IMG/VR virus record: IMGVR_UViG_3300020029_000084 | Span: 1-6,015 of that record | Length of the DNA: 6,015 nt | Direction: 5' to 3' (one strand) | Origin: a virus | Shown: piece by piece, positions 1-5,959 of the stretch | Layout of the letters: every line of letters begins with the position of its first letter | How positions within the stretch are numbered: position 1 is the stretch's first letter | The notes under the pieces: model-generated | Seen by the model: the letters and a program-made list of their open reading frames with translations, nothing else | Database searches by the model: none | Told to the model about the DNA's origin: nothing | Made by a program: the position numbers and the translations under genes

Positions 1-65
1 TCGCCAAAAATACAGTCAAAAACGCCGGTAACGCCAGGAATGACGCGAATAACAAGTTGTTTCAT
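1..65 (-). CDS. Partial duplicate of the 5' end of the 97-aa hypothetical gene (same sequence as 5895-5959); runs off the left edge
   Basis: The ATG (reverse complement of cat at 63-65) corresponds to the start at 5957-5959 of ORF 5666-5959. It lies inside the terminal redundancy. Confidence 0.5.
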   Translation of the reverse strand, partial: MKQLVIRVIPGVTGVFDCIFG

Positions 66-121
66 AAATATAAAAAGTTAAAGGTTATAAAATTTACAAA
101 TCTCGACCCATTTACGGGAAA
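1..121. repeat. Left copy of the 121-nt terminal redundancy (identical to 5895-6015), marking a circular genome of 5,894 nt
   Basis: Base-by-base comparison shows 1-121 equals 5895-6015. Genes run across the junction. Confidence 0.95.
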
Positions 122-335
122 GCTCATGCCAGTAGGACTTACCTTCGGCAGCATCATACCAGGGGAATGCAGAAGCTATGTACTGCTTGGGCGGAGTCCG
201 ACTAAAAAAGTCGAAGGGTCCGAAAAGAGGAAGGGCCTCATCGCGATTCTTAAAAAACGAATCAAGAGCCGAATTTCTGGCGAGAAAAAGAAGGAATAAA
301 TCCTTGACCATGAAAGAATCAGAAATGCGTGTCAT
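78..335 (-). CDS. Hypothetical protein, 85 aa (ORFan)
   Basis: Open frame on the strand that carries every recognisable gene. Its stop is 12 nt before the start of the next minus-strand gene across the circular junction. The leader is A/T-rich like the other genes. I recognise no motif. Confidence 0.45.
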   Translation of the reverse strand: MTRISDSFMVKDLFLLFLARNSALDSFFKNRDEALPLFGPFDFFSRTPPKQYIASAFPWYDAAEGKSYWHELSRKWVEICKFYNL

Positions 336-352
336 AAAAAAAGTTTATTGGT

Positions 353-436
353 TAAGCAGCGGTGCCGCACCCTCACTTCGTTCGGGTCGGTTCTCCGAAC
401 CGCGAAATGCGTCACCTCGCTACAATGGTGTAAACA
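353..436. repeat. Copy A of the 84-bp perfect direct repeat; GC-rich structured element in the VP2-to-85-aa intergenic region
   Basis: Identical at 84/84 positions to 1916-1999. Predicted fold: outer stem 358-369 with 408-421, hairpin cggttc-tcc-gaaccg at 388-402, and a short hairpin ccc/ggg at 370-386. It lies 16 nt downstream of the VP2 stop and 17 nt upstream of the 85-aa ORF start in coding direction. Confidence 0.9.
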
Positions 437-442
437 AAAGTA
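435..442 (-). promoter_or_regulatory. Candidate Bacteroidota-type -7 promoter box (TACTTTTG, fits TAnnTTTG) at the upstream edge of repeat copy A
   Basis: The minus strand reads TACTTTTG. I found no convincing -33 TTTG at the proper spacing, and copy B has no equivalent box. Confidence 0.15.
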
Positions 443-452
443 ATGAAAAAAA

Positions 453-1700
453 TCAATACTTCATAGGGATGTTCTTATATTCACCAATTTTAACTCCTTT
501 TCGAACACCATCACTGTCATAATATTCTTCAAAGGAAGTCCTGGTACCACCAACGGAACCTCGGGATCTGGTACCCACACGCATGGCAGCGGCAGCGGCA
601 GCACCACCAACAACCTTTTCGGTAACACCCATGAGCAGGGGATGCTTACGCTGCCAGTTCATAAAACCTTCAGCGGCAACACCTTGTTCTCCGACAGTGT
701 ATCGAAGGCCGTTGAGATAAAGGGCAATATCCTTACCGGTCATCTTCTTCGTCTTACCCGTAGGCTCACCTTTCTCGTTAACTTCCTGCACATCAATAGG
801 GGTAGTCCAGTTCACATCAAACCACTCCAGTAAATCCTTACGCTCAACGTCCATCAACCTGGTAGAGGCACCAAGATTATTGGCAGAGGCAATTAAATAC
901 GTAAGATTGGCAGCGGCCATTCGCTCCATAAGCGGAATTTCGGCATCATTGATGGCACGGAGGCGTCGATTCTCTTCAGCGATATTGGCACACTCTCCGA
1001 CAATCTTCAACCAATTCTGGGTAGCAATAAGATCAGCGTATTTATTCTGGGCTTCCTGCCACGCCGTTGCAGCATCAAGATTGGCCGCAAGGGCCTTCTT
1101 TGATTTGACACCAGCTTCAGAAAGTTGTACAGCCAGATCAAAAGCTTCCGCATAACGATCGGGGGACTGAGTCTGGTTTTCGATATTCTGAGCCTGGGCA
1201 CGATCAAGACGAGCAGCCGCATTGTTGCGTTCACGCTCAGAGGCAGTAAGCATATTCTGACCAAGGGACGTCATATCAAGAGGACCAGCACCAGGGAGAC
1301 CGGGGCCGCCGGAAGGTCCGGACGCGCCGACAGAACCGGCGGAACCACCAGGCATGGTAGCACTGACGCCTACTCCGGAAGATCCAAGAACAGCAGCAGG
1401 AGTAACACCTGCAGCATTGTATCGATCAAACACCGCTGAGGGGTCGTTGTACTTGTTTTCATAATCAAATTGTTTTTGCCAATTTCCGTATTCATACTCA
1501 GCCTGTTTGGCCATCTGCTCAAGAGCATACTTCTGCTGAAGAGCCATCTGTTTCTTCATATACTTCCATTGGCGTCGGGCATTCATGCCACCAAAGAGCT
1601 GACCGATAGCGCCGGAAATAAGACCGGAAGCGCCAGTCTGAGCAGCACCTTGGTATAACTGTCTGCCGAAAGAACCGGCAGCGGTAAAGGGAACAGGCAT
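453..1700 (-). CDS. VP2: Microviridae VP2-like DNA pilot / minor capsid protein, 415 aa
   Basis: The size and architecture are typical of gokusho/alpa VP2. It has a Gly/Ala-rich N-terminus, a Q/K/E-rich helical segment, an AGVTP motif resembling the conserved AG(L/I)NP, a Gly/Ser/Pro low-complexity linker, a long Ala/Gln/Asn-rich coiled-coil-like region, and a basic C-terminus. It lies in the structural module of a genome that has clear VP1 and VP4 genes. Confidence 0.78.
   Translation of the reverse strand: MPVPFTAAGSFGRQLYQGAAQTGASGLISGAIGQLFGGMNARRQWKYMKKQMALQQKYALEQMAKQAEYEYGNWQKQFDYENKYNDPSAVFDRYNAAGVTPAAVLGSSGVGVSATMPGGSAGSVGASGPSGGPGLPGAGPLDMTSLGQNMLTASERERNNAAARLDRAQAQNIENQTQSPDRYAEAFDLAVQLSEAGVKSKKALAANLDAATAWQEAQNKYADLIATQNWLKIVGECANIAEENRRLRAINDAEIPLMERMAAANLTYLIASANNLGASTRLMDVERKDLLEWFDVNWTTPIDVQEVNEKGEPTGKTKKMTGKDIALYLNGLRYTVGEQGVAAEGFMNWQRKHPLLMGVTEKVVGGAAAAAAMRVGTRSRGSVGGTRTSFEEYYDSDGVRKGVKIGEYKNIPMKY
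585..602. repeat. Tandem hexanucleotide (ggcagc)x3 encoding the Ala6 run in the VP2 C-terminal region
   Basis: Read directly. The minus strand reads gct gcc gct gcc gct gcc, giving AAAAAA in the VP2 frame. Confidence 0.9.
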
Positions 1701-1702
1701 AA

Positions 1703-1900
1703 TTAAGGACGTTTAAAGTTACCTATCTGTTCGTAAGTAATGGTAGTCCGGGTAGTATCTCCGGACTTGACAGAGGATGCCGACTGGACAACGTAATGTC
1801 TCGCCGTACACGATCCAAGGAAAAAAGCCGCAAGGGCGGCCACGATTGCTGTAACCAAAGTCCAAAACTTCTTGGAGTGAAGTACATCTTTGAAAGTCAT
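1703..1900 (-). CDS. Small putative lipoprotein, 65 aa (signal peptide plus lipobox FLGS-C31)
   Basis: It has a basic n-region (K4, K10, K11), a hydrophobic h-region (WTLVTAIVAALAAFFLG), and Cys31 preceded by L-G-S, which fits the bacterial lipoprotein signal pattern. Its stop is 2 nt before the VP2 ATG, so the two are probably co-expressed. Confidence 0.6.
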   Translation of the reverse strand: MTFKDVLHSKKFWTLVTAIVAALAAFFLGSCTARHYVVQSASSVKSGDTTRTTITYEQIGNFKRP

Positions 1901-1915
1901 GATAAATTATTTTAA

Positions 1916-1999
1916 TAAGCAGCGGTGCCGCACCCTCACTTCGTTCGGGTCGGTTCTCCGAACCGCGAAATGCGTCACCTCGCTACAATGGTGTAAACA
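1916..1999. repeat. Copy B of the 84-bp perfect direct repeat, 15 nt upstream of the lipoprotein ORF start
   Basis: Identical at 84/84 positions to 353-436, at an offset of 1563 nt. The same predicted fold applies, with the core at 1921-1984 and the hairpin at 1951-1965. Confidence 0.9.
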
Positions 2000-2019
2000 G
2001 TTAAAGAACGATAGAAAAA

Positions 2020-2093
2020 TGCGCGGCCTCTCCGGCAGTCGCTACCAATAAACCTCTAACCATTCACACACTCTTGTCAGAGGGGTCCGCGCA
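2020..2093. other. Long-range inverted repeat / stem enclosing about 47 nt in the major noncoding region
   Basis: tgcgcggcctct (2020-2031) pairs with agagg-ggt-ccgcgca (2079-2093), giving 12 bp with a 3-nt bulge. An inner ctct/agag mini-hairpin lies at 2071-2082 and competes for the agag (2079-2082) used by the outer stem, so the two are alternatives. Confidence 0.55.
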
Positions 2094-2122
2094 CGTAGCA
2101 TATATCATCAAGTAAAGAGTAC

Positions 2123-2146
2123 ACTATTTTTCTTCAGAAAGATAGT
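2123..2146. other. A/T-rich hairpin (9-bp stem with 1 mismatch, 6-nt loop)
   Basis: actattttt (2123-2131) pairs with aaagatagt (2138-2146). The loop is cttcag. Confidence 0.45.
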
Positions 2147-2150
2147 ATTT

Positions 2151-2191
2151 AAGGGGTGAGTGGAGACATAAATGCCTCACACTCACCTCTT
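2151..2191 (-). terminator. Long stem-loop 21 nt downstream of the 103-aa ORF stop; candidate terminator or RNA/ssDNA structural element
   Basis: aaggggtgagtg (2151-2162) pairs with cactcacctctt (2180-2191), matching at 11 of 12 positions. Further pairing inside the loop is possible (gag/ctc, ca/tg). No classical U-tract follows on the coding strand, so terminator function is uncertain. Confidence 0.35.
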
Positions 2192-2211
2192 TGCGGGTGG
2201 CCAGAACGGGG

Positions 2212-2523
2212 TCACTTACCATCACCTTCGGTGCTGGTGGCTGCAGACTCCGTCTGCCCGTTCTTACCCGAGTCAAGAGCAGAATCAATAAGTTCCTGTC
2301 CTACTTCAAGACCGTCAAACTTATCCATACGAGAGAAGCTATTAGGGTCGAAGTCGAGTTCGGGATTAAACCTCTCACCTTTATCCCAATCCGATTGGGA
2401 AGCTTCAATATCGGGACGACCGGGAAGAATATCAACCGAACCGGAACCATCGAGGACAGACATGATACGCTGACCACGCGAGACATACTGCGGAGGATCT
2501 TCAAGTAACCAAACAAGTGCCAT
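2212..2523 (-). CDS. Hypothetical acidic protein, 103 aa; candidate internal scaffolding protein (VP3-like by position and composition only)
   Basis: It starts 12 nt after the VP1 stop, on the same strand and in the same frame register. It is strongly acidic (about 21 D/E against about 9 K/R) and looks disordered, with G/S/D/E-rich stretches. No motif can be recognised by eye. Confidence 0.55.
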   Translation of the reverse strand: MALVWLLEDPPQYVSRGQRIMSVLDGSGSVDILPGRPDIEASQSDWDKGERFNPELDFDPNSFSRMDKFDGLEVGQELIDSALDSGKNGQTESAATSTEGDGK

Positions 2524-2535
2524 AATATCAACAAA

Positions 2536-4344
2536 TTAACGGTTGGACAAACGGGTTGCGAAAGTTTTATTAACAAGGTTCTTCTTACGAACGCTATACG
2601 ACATATTCACGAAGAAGTTGTCCTCAACCTTCGAAGAAAAGGGAGAATTGACCTGGGCCATATCGACAAAAAGATACGGATAAGTAAGGAACGAACCAGT
2701 ACGAGTCGTGGTATTAAAAGAACGCTGCTGGACCCAATAATTGTACAAAGTCATCGGAATGTTAGGACCGGACTTAGCGGCCAACATGCCGAGAACTTCG
2801 TCGTAAGAACTACGGAACTCATTATAACAGGGTTCGAGAGAAATGGTTGAAGGAGTGCCACCTCCAGCAATAGAATAACGCTGAAAGCGATAATCCGGTA
2901 CATCTTGATAGCCAATATCGTTATAGATCGGATTGAAATAATCAGCACCTTGATAATTAAGATAATCGGGGCGAACTTCCGACCAGTAATAGACAGGTCG
3001 AATACTCAACATATCGATAAGATAACCAGGTTCCTTAAAATAATAACTCTGGGAACGACCAAGCGGAGCATTAAAAGCAATAGCACCACCCTGCTGACCA
3101 AGGGGATTACCACCTTCTTGGAAATTGTTGACACCAGATTGATTCATAACAACCTGGACATTTACAGTCTGCGAAGCACTAAACAACAACTTCGGGCGAT
3201 CAACATGCTCAATCTTGGAAGCAAAAAAGGTCTCAAGCCAATCCGAGTAACGATTACCTCCGGCTCCAAGCAAATCCTTGTATTCCTGCATGCGAGAAGC
3301 AATAGCAAGTTGAGGTATGGTGGTGATACCGGTCATGGAAACACTATCCCCGGAAGCAATAGGCAGCATTCGCGAAAAACGATCGGGATTCGAAGGAACC
3401 ACAGCCATGGGGTGAGCCAAAGTAACAGCGGACCGAAATTTATAAGAAACAGTAGTTGTAACGAAGCTATTAGAAGTCTGGCTGGTAGGAACCGAATTAA
3501 ACTCCTCTTTCAAAGCATCAAGAGAAGCGACAGGGTAGCCATCACCCGAAGCGGCGCCGGCATCAACCAAGTCACTGTAAACGATCTGAGCAGCAAGATT
3601 AAACCGATTATAAGTGTTGTTGGGAGTTGCCACAGCCGAGGGGTAAAACTGAGATTCAAAAAAAGCGTCCAAATACTGAAGATTGCAAAAGCGCTGTGTA
3701 AAATAAGAAGGGTCCGGACTAGCTACCCAATACATAGAATTGTCCGACTCATCACGATGAATATACCAAGAGCCAGGCCAAGCAATCGAGTACAAAGACC
3801 ACTGACTGTAGCCATAATAATTGCGAACAATGTCCCAGTAAGCCAAATAAGAATCGGCATTGACCCAACGAGCCGAAGAGACGCCGGTGTCAAGAGAAAT
3901 AGAAGACGCCCAACCATCGTTACTAAGAAACTGGTTATAACCCATGGAGGCGCGAAGCCAATAAAGCAGCGAATTGGGATACGAAAAATGCTCAGAAGTG
4001 ACATTAGTCTCTTCGGAAGTTGAAGACCATGCAACAGGAATCCAATTAAGCGACACATCATTCATATCGAATTTACTGCTATTCGTCCTCATCTCCGGAT
4101 GATACAGCTGCATGGGCACCCAAAAACGATGAAGCCGCACCGTGTAAGGATTAAACGTCGGTACAGCCAGGGGATTCGAACGAACATCAATGCCCTGGGC
4201 GATCGTCACCCGATCACGAGCATTAATGAAGTCGATCCGGACAGGATACAGGATTCCGGGAGTACAGGTAAATGCCTTGGACTCCGGAACATCATACCGC
4301 GAATAACCATTCACGGCATGAGAAATAAAAGATTGTCTTGCCAT
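2536..4344 (-). CDS. VP1: Microviridae major capsid protein VP1 (F-like jelly-roll), 602 aa
   Basis: It is the largest ORF. The N-terminal region (..F.CTPG.LYPV..DFINARDR..I..GIDVRSNPL..P.FNPY.V.LHRFWVP..L) has the layout of the conserved microvirus capsid N-terminus. The protein is rich in Y/W/N/S as in gokusho/alpa capsids and lies directly downstream of the Rep gene. Confidence 0.92.
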   Translation of the reverse strand: MARQSFISHAVNGYSRYDVPESKAFTCTPGILYPVRIDFINARDRVTIAQGIDVRSNPLAVPTFNPYTVRLHRFWVPMQLYHPEMRTNSSKFDMNDVSLNWIPVAWSSTSEETNVTSEHFSYPNSLLYWLRASMGYNQFLSNDGWASSISLDTGVSSARWVNADSYLAYWDIVRNYYGYSQWSLYSIAWPGSWYIHRDESDNSMYWVASPDPSYFTQRFCNLQYLDAFFESQFYPSAVATPNNTYNRFNLAAQIVYSDLVDAGAASGDGYPVASLDALKEEFNSVPTSQTSNSFVTTTVSYKFRSAVTLAHPMAVVPSNPDRFSRMLPIASGDSVSMTGITTIPQLAIASRMQEYKDLLGAGGNRYSDWLETFFASKIEHVDRPKLLFSASQTVNVQVVMNQSGVNNFQEGGNPLGQQGGAIAFNAPLGRSQSYYFKEPGYLIDMLSIRPVYYWSEVRPDYLNYQGADYFNPIYNDIGYQDVPDYRFQRYSIAGGGTPSTISLEPCYNEFRSSYDEVLGMLAAKSGPNIPMTLYNYWVQQRSFNTTTRTGSFLTYPYLFVDMAQVNSPFSSKVEDNFFVNMSYSVRKKNLVNKTFATRLSNR

Positions 4345-4353
4345 ATGAAATAT

Positions 4354-5421
4354 TTAAGTTAATGAAAGGCCGTAAAAATCATACCACGACTCAATAATAT
4401 CCCGATCGAGCCAGGCAGGAGGATCAATACAGGGAACAGGGCCGGCAGAAACAAATTCCCGATATTTTTTCATCTCCCATGAATATGTTTCTCTAAAGGA
4501 TAAGGCGGAAGCCGGAAGAAACCTTTTAACACAAAGGTTAACAACATGACGAACCAAAGAAGAACGGCTAAAGCGTGAATAAGCATCAGCAGAGCGAACC
4601 GCGCGAATGATCTGCGCGTCCTGTTGAAGATACCGATTGTAGTATCGAGGAATGGCATAAGAATACTTAATACCACTCTTAAGATCCAGATAATCCCAGG
4701 ACGAACAAGTAGCAGAAGGAGCAGGGCGGATGCCAAGATAATCACCAACGCCAGCAGATACGAATTTTCTCGTATAACGGCGATGTTCGAGGAGGTTAGC
4801 CAAAGGAACAGATTTTCCATCTACGGTAACAGTTTTATCAGCAATTTGCTCGGGGTCAAACGCAATTTGTTTAGTAACGTATTTAACAACATATCGTGCA
4901 CGCTTATGCGTGCCTTTTGCAAGCCATATAAATCCAAGATCACCAACAGCTTCCCGGATATCATTATACAGGACATCGGTTCCGAAAAGAAAACCATGAA
5001 AGTGAAGACGCGGCTCCGAGCCTATTTCGGGATGGGTACCGAACTCCTGGAAAAACGCATGTTTAAAGGAATGTCCGATTTTGTGCCGCACACGCTCGTT
5101 CCACCGGCGGATAAAGAGAGTCGGATTCCGGAGTGCATCATCGTAATACTTGGGATCAATGGTTATGGTTATAAAAATGGCCTGGCGGTGTTCTGCCTTA
5201 CAACGAGCCAACTCACGCTCAAGACGGACAAACCAATCATTCCGGAGACGACGAAGACAGTCCTCGCATTTGCCGCAAGGTACCATGAGCCACTGACGAG
5301 AGATATCCCAGGGAGCCAGGGCAAGCTGAGATTTCTGGTAGTCAGAAACACGGGAACCGACGATATTCCTGCGATCAAAATACCGACGGTTCCGAATCCA
5401 TATGGGATGAGAGCAAGCCAT
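4354..5421 (-). CDS. VP4: Microviridae replication initiation protein VP4 (HUH rolling-circle endonuclease), 355 aa
   Basis: It has an N-terminal Cys cluster (C3, then PCGKCEDC at residues 48-55). RCR motif I is FITITI (nt 5158-5175), motif II is HFHGFLF (nt 4984-5004), and motif III is YVVKYVTK (nt 4870-4893). I verified motifs I and II by back-translating the nucleotides. Confidence 0.93.
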   Translation of the reverse strand: MACSHPIWIRNRRYFDRRNIVGSRVSDYQKSQLALAPWDISRQWLMVPCGKCEDCLRRLRNDWFVRLERELARCKAEHRQAIFITITIDPKYYDDALRNPTLFIRRWNERVRHKIGHSFKHAFFQEFGTHPEIGSEPRLHFHGFLFGTDVLYNDIREAVGDLGFIWLAKGTHKRARYVVKYVTKQIAFDPEQIADKTVTVDGKSVPLANLLEHRRYTRKFVSAGVGDYLGIRPAPSATCSSWDYLDLKSGIKYSYAIPRYYNRYLQQDAQIIRAVRSADAYSRFSRSSLVRHVVNLCVKRFLPASALSFRETYSWEMKKYREFVSAGPVPCIDPPAWLDRDIIESWYDFYGLSLT

Positions 5422-5630
5422 CAGAAAAGAGACTGAAGTAAATCAATTTTAAGATGAGGGTAGACGCGGGAAATACGTTCCAGGTAAGCGGAGGCCGAAT
5501 CATAGTCGACAAACCAGGCGAAGACACGACGAACCCGGTTGCGGTAAAATCCGACCGAATAGCGGAGGGGAATACCCTCCACTACCGGACAAGACCTCGG
5601 ATAACTGAAATTTTCCATACTAAAGAACAT
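5421..5630 (-). CDS. Hypothetical small basic protein, 69 aa, translationally coupled to VP4
   Basis: Its stop TGA overlaps the VP4 ATG by one base (TGATG at 5419-5423). The protein is Arg-rich. An alternative start exists at Met5. No recognisable motif. Confidence 0.5.
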   Translation of the reverse strand: MFFSMENFSYPRSCPVVEGIPLRYSVGFYRNRVRRVFAWFVDYDSASAYLERISRVYPHLKIDLLQSLF

Positions 5631-5665
5631 TTCCGAGAACGGGACGCCTCACAACACGGGCACCG

Positions 5666-5959
5666 TTACGACTCTTTTTCTTCTTTCGACTCATAATCGG
5701 GAAAACTAATAACAATGAAAGACTGATACAATGCCAGACGAGCGCCATGATCAAGAGCTGTACGAACAACCGGGGTCAGATTCGAAGTCCGGATATAGGC
5801 AGTGGTACCCAAAAGATCATCAACGCAAATGAAGCCGGAAAGACCCGGATCAAGCTGATCAAAAGAACAAGGGACGAACTGACCATTATCAAGATCGCCA
5901 AAAATACAGTCAAAAACGCCGGTAACGCCAGGAATGACGCGAATAACAAGTTGTTTCAT
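5666..5959 (-). CDS. Hypothetical protein, 97 aa (ORFan) with an acidic/Lys-rich C-terminal tail
   Basis: Open frame on the coding strand. It starts 12 nt after the stop of the 85-aa ORF across the circular junction. Its composition is ordinary and globular-like. No recognisable motif. Confidence 0.55.
   Translation of the reverse strand: MKQLVIRVIPGVTGVFDCIFGDLDNGQFVPCSFDQLDPGLSGFICVDDLLGTTAYIRTSNLTPVVRTALDHGARLALYQSFIVISFPDYESKEEKES

Noticed and set aside
57-299. 80-aa Lys-rich plus-strand ORF
   Set aside because: It is antisense to the 85-aa minus-strand ORF and spans the junction between two minus-strand genes. Its K/E/R/G-rich composition is typical of antisense translation of this T-rich coding strand.
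353-436. The 84-bp repeat as a tRNA fragment, attP core or CRISPR-like repeat
   Set aside because: The cggttc-gga-gaaccg hairpin looks superficially T-arm-like but has a 3-nt loop and no cloverleaf context. There are only two copies, 1.56 kb apart, with genes between them, so it is not a CRISPR array. No integrase is present to use an att site. Host-derived origin still needs a database search.
178-522. 114-aa plus-strand ORF reading through repeat copy A
   Set aside because: It is on the non-coding strand and overlaps the 85-aa minus ORF and the VP2 3' end. The identical copy B is not embedded in any comparable ORF, so the repeat is not conserved as coding sequence.
2020-2093. 74-nt segment closed by a 7-bp stem, tRNA-sized
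   Set aside because: I threaded it onto a cloverleaf on both strands. It has no U8, no GG in a D-loop, no GTTC T-loop, and no 5-bp/7-nt T-arm adjacent to the acceptor strand. It is not a tRNA.
2156-2508. Two 105-aa plus-strand ORFs (2156-2473 and 2191-2508)
   Set aside because: Both are antisense to the 103-aa acidic ORF and start inside the hairpin region. Given the single-strand coding architecture, the minus-strand ORF, which abuts VP1 with a 12-nt spacer, is the better model.
2905-4023. 372-aa ORF on the plus strand, the second-longest ORF in the window
   Set aside because: It lies entirely antisense to the capsid gene. Its translation is low-complexity and I/R/K/S/N/T-rich with no recognisable domain. 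Microviridae genomes code on one strand, so it is best explained as a shadow ORF of VP1.
4470-4820. 116-aa very hydrophobic minus-strand ORF (about 3 TM-like segments) embedded in Rep. It could be an overprinted phiX-E-like lysis gene. Similar ORFs occur at 3723-4061 (112 aa, in VP1), 2751-2948, 2301-2576, 1007-1264 and 5169-5378.
   Set aside because: Every one of these sits in the +1 frame of its host gene. Third codon positions of the real genes are T/G-rich and A-poor, as I checked on the first ~85 VP1 codons. The +1 frame therefore has T-rich second positions, which give Leu/Ile/Val/Phe, and few stop codons. This pattern is systematic and compositional rather than gene-specific. Only conservation of the start and frame in relatives, or ribosome profiling, would revive the idea.
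4624-5436. 270-aa plus-strand ORF
   Set aside because: It is antisense to VP4/Rep, with a similarly biased composition and no motifs. It is a shadow ORF.
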